Shown: positions 27,301 through 40,634 of the stretch, one piece after another
Numbering within the stretch: position 1 is the stretch's first letter
Layout of the letters: each line of letters opens with the position of its first letter
DNA from: Bilabrum cf. latius
Lineage: Eukaryota
DNA: 64,000 nucleotides
Assembly (NCBI GenBank): GCA_965178125.1
Contig: OZ237743.1
Location: forward strand, 620,001 to 684,000
Reading direction: 5' to 3'
The notes under the pieces: generated by a model
The model's input: only the letters and a program-made list of their open reading frames with translations
Databases searched by the model: none
What the model was told of the DNA's origin: nothing
Made by a program: the position numbers and the translations under genes

Positions 27301-27844
27301 ACTGGATCTCGCCTAGCTTGCTACCTGACATTGGCTGCTTAGCAGTCGGCGTTTTTGTTGCACCGTCTGTGGCAGTGATGTACCTATCGTCTGGTAGTGC
27401 GGATACATTGAAGTCCTTCTCGCAGCCACTTGGAAAAGCTTGTGTCCATTCGAAGACATCCCAATCGCTGAAGTGCTTGATACCCACCTGCGCCGCGACA
27501 TCGCCCGCATTCAGTCTGGGCGCCCATAGTGAGCCAACTTCGCTGGAAGTCACACTCAGATTGAACTCAATCCTGGTCCACTACCCAAGGATTTCATCGG
27601 TGCCGTTGGACACAGCTGCCCGGCTCGACTAGAGCTACTTGCCGTCCACAAACATGCTTCCATTGCAATGCACGAAGGCTGGAGACCCAGAGAATAACTA
27701 TTTGCCACTAAATGAGAGGCTGAACGACGAAACAGAGTCAACCTGCAGAGTAGCATTTGTTCCAGTCTACCATGGCAGCTGCTTGCTAGCGAGGCCGCAC
27801 CAAACGTTCAATAGAAGAGCAGCAATGCGCGTGAATAGATGCAT
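24309..27844 (-). CDS. Secreted protein with an Apple/PAN domain and a probable glycoside-hydrolase-like domain
   Basis: Signal-peptide-like start at ATG 27844 (via TAG read-through). Apple motif CTLEENTDYWGHD...CCSAC...CTGFTF...CYLK. Intron 25734-25903 joins the two track ORFs in frame; TGA stop. Confidence 0.7.
24926..24983 (-). repeat. 9-bp coding tandem repeat (PDA)n
   Basis: About six GGGGCRTCA units. Confidence 0.9.
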
Positions 27845-28178
27845 GCGACTCAAGTTTGTTGGTTTAAGTTGAACAATGCAATCAGTCCCCGAATACCATC
27901 AGGTAGTGCAGGAGCTCAAGCTCGTCGACGGTCCCAACTGCAACTCGAGCTCCATACTCAACGCATCAGTAATGCTTGAAAACTCATCCATTTCACGAAG
28001 CTGTTCTAACAAAAACGAATCAGGAAAATGCTTCCGATGTATTGCCAGGAGACCTACAAAGCTACGGAGCTGACATTGAATGCATTAAGATGTGCCGCAG
28101 CCTTTACGAAATTAATTGTACCAAAGATTGTCGCCCCTTAACAAGGCCCAGAACCCAACGTCGCAAATCTCAGGCTGC

Positions 28179-30473
28179 TCACGAGCTTCCGACGGGAGCA
28201 AAGCACCCGCCAGTCGGCGCCTTGACGGACCCCGCGCCGGCCTTGCGAGGCACCCGAGGGCTGCGGCCCATGGGCTCGGGAGCAGGCACATGACCCGCCC
28301 TCAGCACCTCACTCACATTGCCTGGCTTGGGCAGCCCTTCGAATCCCTCCAAGTGCACGGAAGGGAGCACCCTCCCAGGCTCCCCTGCTATTGCTGCTGC
28401 CCCTGCAGCCCCACGCCCCTTGCCCCCACCCTTCGCCTCCGCGGCCTCGGAAATCCCAAGCTCCAGATCCGCCGGCATACCAGGGTCAGGGAACACGCCT
28501 TCCGCCACCTCGGCAGCGTTCAAGAGCTCCTCCTCCCTCCAAGGGTACCCCACCATCTGCACCGCCAGCGGGAGACCCTCGGAGCCTTCCATGCACGCGC
28601 GCACACCGGCGGCGTACTCGTCGTGCTGGCCCAATCCACCGGTGTACCCTGGCTCCGCCCCAGATCCCTTCGGCCCGGCCCTGATCCGGCCGCACGGCAG
28701 CACCACGGAGGGCAAGTTGAGGGCGTTGAACATGAACTGGTAGGACATGCCCATGGCCAGCTGCTTGGATCCGCCGTGCGGGAAGGCGGGCACGGCCGCA
28801 ACAGGGCACAGGATGAAGTGAACCTTCGCTTTCTCCATGCAGCGAACCACGTCCTGCCGCAGGAGCTGCAGTCGCCCGTGCGCGATGAGCAGCTCCTTCA
28901 CGGACTTGGGCTTGGAGGCCCGCAGCAGGCTGGCCTTGCGTCCCTGGCCCAGCACAGTCTCAAGTGCCCATGCGATGGGCGGCCGCAGCCAGGCCGGGAT
29001 TGAGGCCACCATCACCAGACCAGAGTACAGGGGGGAAAACGCCTCCCCCCTCAGACCGGACTTGAACAGCTGCATGTTGCCCTCTGACGACATGATCGAC
29101 ACGAAGAGAAGCGCCGCCTCGCGGAAGATGCTCTCGGGGAACACAGAAGACGCCTCCAGCTGCTCGTGTCCCTGGGCCTTTAGCATAGCGGCCGACTATG
29201 ACACCGCGTCCATGACCGACTGAGCAGGGCGGAAGAAACCATCGTCCGTCATCGTGACGAACCGAAGCGAACCTTCGCTCTTCTTGCCAGCAGCCGCGCC
29301 ACCAGCGGAAGAGCCCGCACCAACATCATCCGCTGCACCAGCGTCGCGCCCGTTGTACAGCCCAGCGTCCCATCGGAACGGACGGTACGGCAGGATCGGG
29401 TCCTGCAGTGCTGGAGGGGGCGAGGCCAGGCAGGCAAAGCCGAGCCTCGCATCGGCCACTGTTCTTGCGATTGGACCGCCCACGAACTGGATGATCTCCC
29501 GGCCCGCAAAGCTCCGTCCTTTCTCATCCGCAAACGGAGGCCCGAACGGCTTCGTGAATCCCTGCTTGGTGACCCGCTGGAAGACCGGCTTGATGGTCAC
29601 CAGCCCGTTGTACGCAGCTGGCGACCGCAGGGATCCCCCCACGTCCCCTCCGTACCCCAGGGGGGTACCCCTCGCCCCCACCATGGCACCCTCCCCCCCC
29701 GAGGAACCCCCGGGGGACCTCGCCGGGTCCCACGCGTTCCCGCACACGCCAAAGATCTGGTTGGAGGACTCCGGTACCATCATAGCTTGCGGCAACGTAG
29801 TTTTTGCAATGGGTATGGCACCCGCGGCCCTCACCTGCTGCGCAAAGAGCCCATCCTCCTCCGCCACGTGGTCCGAGAGGCCTCCGAGCCCAGCCGCAGA
29901 CATGGTGTTCTTGTAGTCCATGTGCTCCTTCAGTGATACTGGCACTCCGAGCATCGGTGGCAGGTCGGAGTCGCTGCCACTGGCACTGCTGCCGGTAGAC
30001 GGCGCTTTGGCTGTCTTGGATCGAGCCTTCATAAGCAGTTCGTCAGCCTTCTCCGCGTCCTTGATCGCGCGGCGGAAGCACGTGTCGGTCACGGCATTGG
30101 TTGCAGGCATCACATAAGATACCACCCTGTGCGCATACGAAAGTACCGCCTCAACCGCACTGATATCGCCGCGACGCAGTTCGTCCGCCAACTGAGAGGC
30201 AGTCAGGCCGATGATCTCGGCTCGTCTCGCTCCTGTAAGGCCAATTTCTGCTGCCTTTGCGTTGATTGCTTTGATATCCGCGGTAAGATTGTCGTCCCGG
30301 CGCGCTCTTGCCTTGGCACACTTCCTGGCTACGGCTGCGCGACCCTGCGAAGCTCCGTATGCGGATGCAGCCATTCCTACAACACCAAGCGCCGCAACTG
30401 TAGCGGCAACAAGTGTTGCCGTTTTCCCATCGATCTTGTTGATCAGATCCTGCATCAGCTTTCCAGCCTCCAT
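28179..30473 (-). CDS. Amidase-signature enzyme (fatty acid amide hydrolase-like)
   Basis: GVPVSLKE, PGGSSGGEG, GGDVGGSLRSPA, GLPLAVQMVG; one in-frame TAG at 29196-29198 in mid-domain; N-terminal hydrophobic anchor. Confidence 0.9.
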
Positions 30474-31100
30474 AGAAAGTTTGCCCCAGCTGGATTCTCG
30501 GTGTCCCGGTCGCAACTAACCTTCACGAACGTTCGATTCTACAAGAAAAGGGGCCATCTTTCAGTCGTGCAATCTATCGTGGCACTGGCTGCGGCAGAAC
30601 TGCATGGAGAATACTTTTGGAGAAAAATTAGGGTAGTCTAGCGTTCTGCTCTCTGCAGACCCCCTTAACTTTGAAACGAGCACGCTTGAGCCCGGGACGC
30701 AGCTAGACCTGCTGAGCCTGCTTGAAGAAGCCCATAAAGATATCTCGGTGGGCTGGGCGCACCATCCAGCTCCCCCTGTTACGGTCATAGCCAAAAGGTA
30801 GGTGTTGGCCTCATCGGGCCCCAGCCCAACCCGCAGTGCAAAGCGAGCCCTTGCTGCCAGGAACCAACGGCTGCGAGGCCCTAGGCGCAGAGCGGTTGCC
30901 GATAGCTCCAGATCAAGTGCTGCTGGCGAGGAATCCAGCCGGAGCTAGTGGCGTGAAAGCGGAATTTCTAGCGGGCTGGACACAACTGACGCAAGTGGCG
31001 AAGGTTCGCAAGTGGTCGGGAACGAGGCCATACTGGACGGCTTTGCCGATTCCGGCGCATCAGGATTTCAGTAACTGCCGAGTAAGCGCGTATTATTCTA

Positions 31101-34100
31101 ATGGAATCAACCAATTACGATCGAGCTTGGCGAGGCGTGCTTCGCGGCCTGGGAAGGGCAGCGGCAGACTCGCTCGAGCTTTGTCGCGGCTCGGGCCCCT
31201 CGTTTCAAGCTGCTGCTACCAGTGACGACTCTGCCGTGGCAGGCGCACCGGGCGAAGGTGGTGCCCCACCCTCGGCATGTATCAACCACTGGTGGGTGCT
31301 TGCAGCGAGCAGCAGCCTGTGTGAACAGCTTGCTGCAGACTGCGTGACGGAGCTAGCCGCTTGCGCCCAGGAGCGATCTGGCACTGGCAGCCACAGCTGC
31401 GGTGATGCGGGCGTAGGCAAGGCCCCGAGCGCAAGCCTGGGATCAGTTGATGCAACTCCCACCCAGCCTGCGGAGGACAGCAAGTGCATGGCAGCCGATT
31501 GCGATGCAGTGCTTTCGGTTGCAACCAAGACCGCCCTGTTTGCGAGCATTGCGGGGGCGGGGCACTTGCTCGGATCGGGAAAGCGAGCACTGCGGCAGGA
31601 CGGAGCCGCTTGCCTCGAAACGATTGCAGCCGGCATAGAAGCACAGGTCAGTGGTGATGCGGGCGGAGCACTTGCTCGAAGAGGGCGAGCACGAGCACTT
31701 GCTTCGCACGACCTGCTCGCTCAGGCGATCTCTGCAGCCGCAGTGGCTTCGCTGGGCGATATATCCAGGAACGCTTCGCGTCATGGTGGCTCCATCGATG
31801 GATCTGTGGCCCGTGGCGTATCTCTTCTGCAGTAGTGCGTGGTGAGAAGAGACTCCGGGGCCAGCACGGCAGCTGTGGGCGAGCAGTCGGCAGCACCTGT
31901 ACCAAGGGCTGCTGGCTCGCAATTGATCGAATTCTCGTTGTTTTCGGACGTGTTTCGCGGGGGTAACCTCGTTGTGCTCGCCTCTGAGAGCGCGAGGCAC
32001 TTGCTCGGCCCGGCCTGGATGCGAGCATGGACGAGCATGGCACGTCTGCTCGCACTCGCAAGGAAACAAGGCAGAGACCCGGCGGTCCCTCGAACCGCTT
32101 GGTACCTTGCACTTGCCGCCAGCGTACTTCTGGTGCGCTGCCTCAGCGCGGGAGCGGGACTCGCTCAGAGGCTTGCCTTGCACGTTGCGTTGGTCGCAAC
32201 AAGTAGCCTGGCGCGTGGCATCATCAACCAGCCTGCCGCAGGATCGCATCAAGTTGCAGACCACGTGGCCATGACACGGCTGGTTCAGTCAGTGTGCGTC
32301 CCTGTTACTCTAGACCGCGATCCCGCTGGCAGTGGAGCGACCGCCGCGAGGAGTCTGGAAATAGAAGAAAATATGCCCTTGTGTGATGTGCCATGGCTGT
32401 GGGCGGCGACTGCGTCTAGTAAGCACTGGCGCGAGCAGAGCTCCATGTCTCCTGGTGACGCCTACTGCACCTCGCCGCGAGCACTGCAGTCATTGCTAGC
32501 AAGTGCACTGAGCTCACTGGCTGTGCTTCTGCCTGGGGCAGCGTTTCATTCGATGGTTGGCTTGCCCTTGCTGCAGCGGGCTGTTGCTAGCTTGTCGAAA
32601 TCTTCGCGACCGCTTGCCTCACTAGGCAAGGCAGCTGCGGACACTCCTGCAAGCTTCGAAGCCGTGTTTCGGACGGTGTCTGTCCGACCTACGAACGCGC
32701 CTCACGCGTGCGGGCTCGTCCTTGCACTTGCAGAGGCGCTTGAGGCATCGTGCGAGACACGGGCGCCGAGTCCGAATTGGCTGTAGGATGCCACCAATGC
32801 GCTGACCCATACCGTAGGAGAGGCAGGCGGCTCGGGCAGCTTCGCGCATGGCAGCGTCCCAACTCTCCTCGCATCGGGGTCACTGAGCAACCAGAGCTCC
32901 CAGATACATGGTGCGGTTTCTTTGCAGAGCAGTGGGTTTGTAGCTTTGAGCCGCCTTGCGTTTGCCCTTACATGCGACGCCGGCACGGCAATGGACTGGC
33001 CGGATCTTCCCCAACTTAGGACGCTGGACTGTGCACTCTGTCGCATAGCGTACTGTGGGGCTCAGACCTAGCTGCGGCCAGACAGCCCGCCGCAAAGCGG
33101 GGTCGGGTTCTCTTCACCAGCGGAAGATGGAGAGCGTCTGCCGAGAGGTGCCGATCGTCGTGCAATTTCAGTGTTGAAAGCAGTGGCATTGGACCACCTG
33201 GCTGTTCTAGGCATTGAGTCTAAGTCAGCCGATGCTAGGGCTGCACTGGAAATGATAAGGAATGTTGCAATGCACACAGGGGCTGCCAAGCCGACTGCGA
33301 GCGACTGCGAGATTGTCTTGGACGGCGCATGGGCAGACACCATTGTGCACGCTGCAGTCCAAGGGCTGGCGCTTGGGGCTGGGCTGGACGATGCGGTTGA
33401 AGGGCTGCTTGGAGCAGCGTCCGGCCTATCAGCCCGAATTGGTGAGGTCGCAGCCACTCCAGACAGTTAGGTTACAAGTCAGTTAGCCTGGCTGTGCCGT
33501 GCATGCCTGGCATGCCACCAACTTGCTTGCAGTACGAAGACTTGGGGTCAAAATTCCGCCACTCTTCTGCTTGCTGTCTCTACTTGTGGAGCACCAATCG
33601 TACAGGCAGCAGCCGCCGCGTCAGAGAAGAATCCCGATGAAAGCCAGGGGTGTTTGGACCTTGCACTGCTATGGGTGTGTACCCTGCGTGCATGCGTCGC
33701 GTCTTCTGCCCGAGAAAGTAAAGCATTTGGCACGTGGGAACACGATAAGATTACCGAGGTCTTGCAGTCAGTGGGTAGCACGCTTCGAATTGATGCGCTT
33801 GCTGCGCTGCGCGGCCCATTGGCATGTGGCGATGAAAGCGGGTCTGAAGGCCTCAGCACGTACCTCCGCTGGATTGATAGCATTCTTCAATAGATTAATG
33901 GTCAGATGGCGTCTTGCGACGCCCTACGCAGGCTGTTTGCTGGCTTGCGACCGTTCGAGTGGACAGACTCTGCTGCTGCGGACCGATTCGCAGACGCACT
34001 GGTCGCCTAGTCAGGTCGGCTGCAAGCAGCTCTCCCTCAGGGGGAGAACCACAGCAGAGGAGGGGCCTGTACGATTGCTGAGGTAGCAATCGGGGAGGAA

Positions 34101-36695
34101 GGGGCCTGCCATGCAGCTGGTGCCTGGACGTCGCATCGGTCTGCCTCCGTGCAGCTGCCAAAGGGTCTTGCTAGCGTCATTCAAGAGAGCATACCGTGCC
34201 GGGATTCCGACAGTATCAGATTTTCTCGAGGTCTTTGTATTGCAGTGCACGCAATCGTGAGCAAGTGTGGGAGCGTTCCAGCCCCGTCGAGGAGCTACCT
34301 GTCTCGGTGGTGCGCCCAGCTGTCCCTGCATGCTTGCGCGATGCAGCGGTCTGGATCCAGTGCAGCGATCAAGGTCCGAACAGGAAGCCTGCTAGGCGTT
34401 GGACGCGTTGAACAAAGCGAGTCACGCGCAGCAACAGCAGAATCAGGCACACCTCCACCGGTGTCAGATATCGTGGATAGCACCTGCCGCAACGCCATCG
34501 ATCTTGCTGTGAGCAGCTCTGACCCAGCGGCCAAGACCGCATGGGAAATCGTTGCAGGATGCATGTGGGCGATCCAGATCCTCAGAGAGGAGCCGGAGCA
34601 AGGTGATGATGATCGACACGTGCCCCAATGCTCTACCGGTGTGGAGTCACCCTGTGTAGCAATTGTCCGCCAACGCGGCACAACAGAACTCTCGACTGTA
34701 ATGCAAGCAATCATGGGTGGAATTCTGGATTGCTCTGCGCAGTAGCCATCGGCGGCATGCCGGCCGGCTTAGTCGCAAGAGTCGAGAGCATCCAGCATGG
34801 CAGTAGCAGCACTGATTTCGGCGGGTTTTGGCGCGTCCTTTATTCGTAGTGACTCAATCGGAACTAGTCGTCTTTCTGGGTTGTCAAGGCAGCTTGTGCT
34901 TGACACTGCAGCAGCAGCTGCTCCATTCGCAACCATGCCGGTGGCATCGGTGCAGCATCCTGCCCTGCGCGCGTGCTAGCTGCTCCACTCGCTGCTTGGC
35001 AGTGTGACGGGCGAGTCAAGCCTAGACGCCAGCGAATCTGCAGTGACCGACGATCAATGCTCGGATTCTCGACCCGAGTAGCAAGGTTCCAGGTCAGGAC
35101 TGGCTGCATTCGAGGCTGCAGCACGGCAACCGTGGAGGGACCTACGACGGGCGCCAGCGTGGCTATCAACATCTGCATTGGCAGCGTTTTCTGTGTCCGT
35201 AAATCCCACTGATCCGGAGTGCTTCCGTGCAGCTTGTCGGATGTGCTGGGTCGAGATAGGCGTGGAGGCGCAAGGCAGCTCGAGCAAGGCGTCGCAGCTC
35301 TCGCTGCTTCAAGTGCCATGGTGGCTCTCTCGCAGTTAGCAAGCTGACGGAAGAACTCAAGCGGAAGAATCTGCGGCAGCCGTATCAGTCGGCGGCGACC
35401 AGAGCCTGCCGAGGACAGACGCTGGATGTACTAGCGGACGGCTGTCGCTGGTCCGCATACCCGCCCCTGACCTGTCGTCTTGGCTCCGACAGGTCCCGCC
35501 GGCGGTCCAGGCACTCGTGTGCTCCTTTCAGGCAAAACTTAAACAATGTGCATTTTGCGGATCTTCTGGTCATTTCAGCGATGTTGCATGGATTGCAAGC
35601 CTATCTTTGCTGGCGGCATGGTGCGCGGACGCAGCTGCAGTTCCTCTCACCGCGGCGTCTTGCTAGAGGCCCAGAAAATTTAAGGCCGGCACAAAGATGA
35701 AAGGAAAGGGGAGCCATGGGGCTTCACGCTCACTATCCACTGGAAAGATCTCTTCGATTGGAGCGGGCCAGGCCATTGCCACGGCTGTCGAAGCCGGGGT
35801 GCTGCAGAGGAAGCCAACACGCGTCGCGGTGGGTGGCAGGTCGGTCCATCCGGATGCGCCGCCAGGAGCAGCCGAAGGAATCGGCAATACTAGCAGCCCA
35901 CTCCGCCAAGAAGCCGCGACTGCTTTGCCCAAGGACGCGTCAGCGCCACTCATTGGTCTTGGTCAAGACTTAGAGCATGCCAGGTCTGTTCCAACGACCG
36001 GGGAGATCCCCGCAGCCTTGTCCGACATGCTGGGTCACGCCTCATCGGGGCGCTGCGCCCTGCCTGTCGTTCTGGTTGGCAGCTTGCTTACGGATGCGGC
36101 AAACATCGGGGCGCTCGTCAGGACGTGCGAGGTGCTCGGCGCCGCGGGCATGGTCATCCCGAGCGACGGATCCATGCGCTCGGCTGGTGCTGTAGCCGCT
36201 GCGGTTGGTGCCGGCACGCACCTTCGCACCGCTGTAGTCGGGGCAGACGAACTGCCCGACATATTGTCCAGTCTACGTGCTATGGGCGCTGGCGCTGGTC
36301 CTGCGGTGGCCTCGGGGAGCAAACCACCCCGCAGTGGCGTGTGTGCGAGGCCGCTGCTGGTGGCACTAGAGCAGACCAGCAGCTCTGCCCCCCTTCGGGC
36401 ATGGAGACAGAGCCTGGAAGAGATGTGGTTGTCGAAGCCGCGTGCTGACTGTACTTCTAATGTCTCCAGCGAGGCCGCAGACGAAGGTGGCCCGGCTTGC
36501 AGCGTGACAGCTGGAGGACCCAGGGCGGTGGTCCTGGTGCTGGGGAGCGAATCAAGAGGCATGTCGCCCGCAGTGCTCTTGCAGTGTGATGCTGCCGTGG
36601 AGATTCCCCAAGCTGGCAAAACAGCCAGCCTGAACGTCGCGGCGGCTGCCACGGTCGCCCTGACAGCTGCGCTTGCAGCGGTGGGCCGTGCTTAA
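31101..36695 (+). CDS. Giant SpoU/TrmH-family RNA 2'-O-methyltransferase, Trm3/TARBP1-like architecture
   Basis: Seven track ORFs lie in one frame joined via TAG. C-terminal SPOUT motifs NIGALVRTCE, ALEQT, LVLGSESRG, EIPQAGKTASLNV; TAA stop. True start may lie upstream. Confidence 0.75.
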
Positions 36696-37049
36696 TTTTT
36701 GTGCTGCCTGCCTGAAGCCGCACCAGCTTCGTGCAGTGTCGGCGGTGGGCGGAGCGTACCACATCGACGTACTAGGACCATGTTGGCTCGTGCGGCACTA
36801 TCAAGCGACGTGCTTTATTTCGCTATACATGCCATAGTGTCTGTCGTGACAGGTGGGCAATCACGATGGCAGGCGGAACCGAGCTTTGCACCGGATACGC
36901 TCCGTTGCTCTGGGTTCCGGTTGCAGGTACATAAGGCTACACTGCCTGAGCAGGAATGGTATAGAGGCCTACTCTCCCAGCAGGTCAAGCTCGGGTCCGT
37001 TCGAAGCGTTTGTTACGTGGGGATCCAGGTCTGGTTTGCTGCGTGATGA

Positions 37050-39730
37050 ATGACCGACACCGGATCAAACCCAAGACCTCGCATGGCCTCCCCAGGTATG
37101 TACGATGTAGCATATCTGCGTGCTGATGAAACTGAAATCTATGCTGGTTATTATCTGATCCCTTGCGCCGGTACAAGCTCACGAGCATGCTACTCTCACC
37201 GTTCGCAACTGGAAATGCCATCTCCTCCTCCCATTCTGAGCGCAGGAGCGACCGGTGAAGGCCGGGATATTTTAGATACAATAAGTGCAAGCCAATATTT
37301 GGGTCATGGAGCTGCCGGTCATGTATTCAAGGCTACGTACAATGGCAAGGACGTTGCTGTCAAAGTGATCGCGTGTAACAGCACGGAGAAGCTAGAGCGC
37401 TGCACACAATAGATCATTCGAGAGATCGACTGCTTGAAGAAGGTGCTATCAGGATACGCAACGCAGGTAGAAAGAGATCGGATAGTCGCTCCAATTGCCT
37501 GGGGGCAGACCTAGTACAGGCTGCTCAAGCTTGTGGGCGAGAATAAGGTCGAAAAAGCACCTGCATCGTTGCCGTAGCTCGCTGTTGTGTATCCACTTGT
37601 TGGTGGTTTGGAGCTATATGATGTGGTGCGGCATGGTCGGCTGGAAGAACCTGTTGCGCAGTATTTTTTGCGAAGAATCATCGGCGCTGTGGAAATGCTG
37701 CATAGGGCAGGCGTTGCGCACAGAGACCTCAAGCCCGACAATGTTATGATAAGTAAATCCATTGAAGTTAGGCTCATTGACTTTGGGATGGTGGCCGATG
37801 CTGCCCGAACTCGCGGCGTCAGGTCTACGGTGAGTTCGAGCACGCTTTCCCATGTCCCTTGGATCCTTAGCACAAGCCTATTGTGACAGCTGACATTTTA
37901 TCTCCTGCCGGTGTCGACTATCCCTCAAACGCGCAGTGGTGCGGAACAGACCTGTATAACTCCCCGGAACGCCACGGGAGGGTGGCAGGCATTCCCAAGG
38001 GCAAGTACGACGCATTCAAGGGCGATGTCTGGAGCATAGGCGTCATGGCGTTCATTATGATAACAGGAAAGTTACCTTATTCTGCTACAGGCCCTCATGT
38101 GCACGGCAAGGTGTACCAGCGGAACTTCCGCGATCCCAGGCAGGACTGCACCGCATACAAGCTGATCGAGAAAGAGGACTGGAAGGGCTTTTGGGCATAC
38201 CAAAAGGAGCGTCGTGGGATCGATATGCCTGGTGCAGATGGATTCAAACAGTTCATACAGGGCACTCTCCGGTGGCACCCCAGCAAGCGCGCCTCCGCCT
38301 ATGACCTCACCCGGAACCCTTGGCTCTTCTTTCGCGGGTTTAGAGACGAGGAGATCGAGCCACGATGGATCGCTCCCATTTTAAAAGACAGAGAAAATAG
38401 AACGCTAAGAATCAAGCAGAGAGAGCTGGAGCTGGAGAGGGCAGACCTCGCCCGCAGGATGGGGATGAGGACGGGGCCAACGGCGGGGCCCGCCGGGGGC
38501 TCCAGCAAGGTGGCGGGCGCAGGCCGCGCCCCCGCGCCTGGCACCACGAGCACGACACACGGGGCGGCACCGGGAGGCACTGGCAGCACCGAGGCCAGCA
38601 CCGCCGACGCTGCCCGCATGAGCGAGAGCTCCAGAGGCCCGGCAATGGGGGGCGCTACTATGGGGTCAGGCGAGGCATCAGGGGACCGGGGTGGTGCCGG
38701 AGGGGCGCCCATGGACTCGGGGGAGGGAGCTGGGGACACGGCAGACCTGACTGCTGCGCCTGCACGCGGCGAAGGGGGGGCGCCCATGCGAACAGAGAGT
38801 GAGGGTAGCACGGTGGCGGGGTCCGCATCCGCATCCGAGTCAGGGTCAGGGTTGGGGGGGTCGTGCAAGCCCATGGACTCGGGCTAGGAGGGCACGGCGG
38901 CGGGGGAACACATGGAACATTTTCGCTCCGGGTCGGACGTGCTGCGGAAGCTCACCGATGGCAGCAGCTCGGCGCCTCCTCCGAGCGGGGCATTCCGCGT
39001 GCTGCCCTCACTCAGCCCTGCTGAGCTCGGCCTCCTTCCCCACGTATAGCTTGAGGGTGTGGTGAGTGCGGACGCGCTGTCTCGGTTTCCGGAAGCGATC
39101 AGCCGCGTGTCCCGGATCCGATCGGCACGGCGGCTAGACAACGACAAGCCCATCATGTCGCTCGTGCAGCTGACCGTCGGTGCTCCCGACCTAGGCATCG
39201 AGGTGATGCCAGCACCGGCCGTGGCGGAAGGCATCGACGTTGGCGCCCAAGAAGGCGCGAGTGCGGACGATTATGCAGCGGCACCCAGGGGTTCCCCTGC
39301 AGCGGCCGAGGCGCATGAGACGAGCGAATTAACCAGAAAGCGAAGCACCACCACCACCACAACCGCCGGCGCCGCAGGTGCAGCTGCAGAATCGAGCAAG
39401 TTGAAGCCACCAAGCTCTCCTTCTCCAGCGCCCGTCATGCCAACGTGGTTCGGCGAGATGTCGGAGCTTGAGCAGTTAGATGTGCTGGACCGGGCAGCGG
39501 ATGGCGCCGATTCTCAGATGGAAGTGGAGGTGGTCGAGGTGCGAGCCAGGGCTGGTGCAGAATCCGCCTCGCCGGGGGTTGCACTCGTTGGACGGCTGCT
39601 CGAGGGCAGCGGAAAATCGAGCGTGATGGATGTTCTTTGGGCCGTGAAGTTTGCCATAGAGGCAGAGAATGTCCCCGGGTCTGCTGGTTCCGCTGGGGCA
39701 GGGACGAGCGGCGAACCAGGCTCATCTTGA
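37050..39730 (+). CDS. Ser/Thr protein kinase (CAMK-like) with long C-terminal tail
   Basis: GHGAAGHV, VAVK, HRDLKPDN, DFG, CGTDLYNSPE, DVWSIGV; short intron from 37830 to ~37870; several in-frame TAG; TGA stop. Confidence 0.85.
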
Positions 39731-39960
39731 GACCCTGTCTTTTGCTCCCTCCCATACGAGGCTCATCTTGCGATCAGCCTCGCCCGCCCGGGGAGTTGGT
39801 CGTCACGCGACGCTATCGAATGGTAGTTGTAGTTGTGTGTTAAACATTAGACTCTAGTTGGTTGATCGATTCCTGACCGCTTTGTCGGCCCCCGTGATCT
39901 TTGGGATATGACCACGCAAAAGGACTTGCAGGCAATGGCGCCACTCCGTGTTCACACACT

Positions 39961-40539
39961 TTACGCAGTGTACGACTTACGTAACGCACTTGGCCGATGG
40001 TTTCGCTTTTGCGAGTAGCCCTTGGGCTGTCCGGCAGCTCCAGAACCATACCGATGAGTGGCATCACCATGGGCAGCATGGGCACCACCGTGACGTGTCC
40101 CACGCGCTGCTTCTGCATCGCCATGACTGGCTCCATCGTTGCCTCGCCGTTTACGTGCAGCCCGATTCGACACCGGCGATGGATTCGCACGCAGCGCTTC
40201 GTCCTCGTCTTCGTCCTGATCAGCAGCTGGCTCTTCCCGACCGTTTGCCTCATGTGATCCGACGTATCCCCTTGCGGCCGAACTAGACGCGGCCGCAGCA
40301 GCAGCAGCAGCAGCAGCAGCCATGCGACGACCTCGTATGGCCCGACTGCGCCGGGGCCCTTTTCCAGCGGTTGCTCCTCGCCCTACTCCAGGGGATCGGT
40401 TGGGTGAAAATGACAGGTTCCAACTGGAGGCATCTTCGCTTCCACTGGCTTCGTTGAAGACATCTTCACGCTGCACTGCACGGCCGCTTGAGACAGCAGC
40501 CCCCCCACCACTGCCAAATCCACCTCGCGGCCTGGGCAT
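39961..40539 (-). CDS. Possible host protein immediately next to the viral insertion
   Basis: 192-aa ATG..TAA ORF with host-like composition and poly-Ala; no recognisable domain. Confidence 0.3.
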   Translation of the reverse strand: MPRPRGGFGSGGGAAVSSGRAVQREDVFNEASGSEDASSWNLSFSPNRSPGVGRGATAGKGPRRSRAIRGRRMAAAAAAAAAAASSSAARGYVGSHEANGREEPAADQDEDEDEALRANPSPVSNRAARKRRGNDGASHGDAEAARGTRHGGAHAAHGDATHRYGSGAAGQPKGYSQKRNHRPSALRKSYTA

Positions 40540-40578
40540 ATGTACTGCACTTGACCGGCTATTCGCAGCACCTCGATG

Positions 40579-40634
40579 TCTCGCAGTCCATATGAAACCC
40601 GTAGTATACTACGGGTTTCATATGGACTGCGAGA
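40579..40634. repeat. Perfect 56-bp palindrome at the host/virus junction
   Basis: TCTCGCAGTCCATATGAAACCCGTAGTA|TACTACGGGTTTCATATGGACTGCGAGA, centre between 40606 and 40607. Confidence 0.97.

Noticed and set aside
1-40540. Numerous overlapping GC-rich ORFs in the track (e.g. 8551..10233, 26979..27632, 36035..36652)
   Set aside because: Antisense or off-frame shadows of real genes, expected at high GC.
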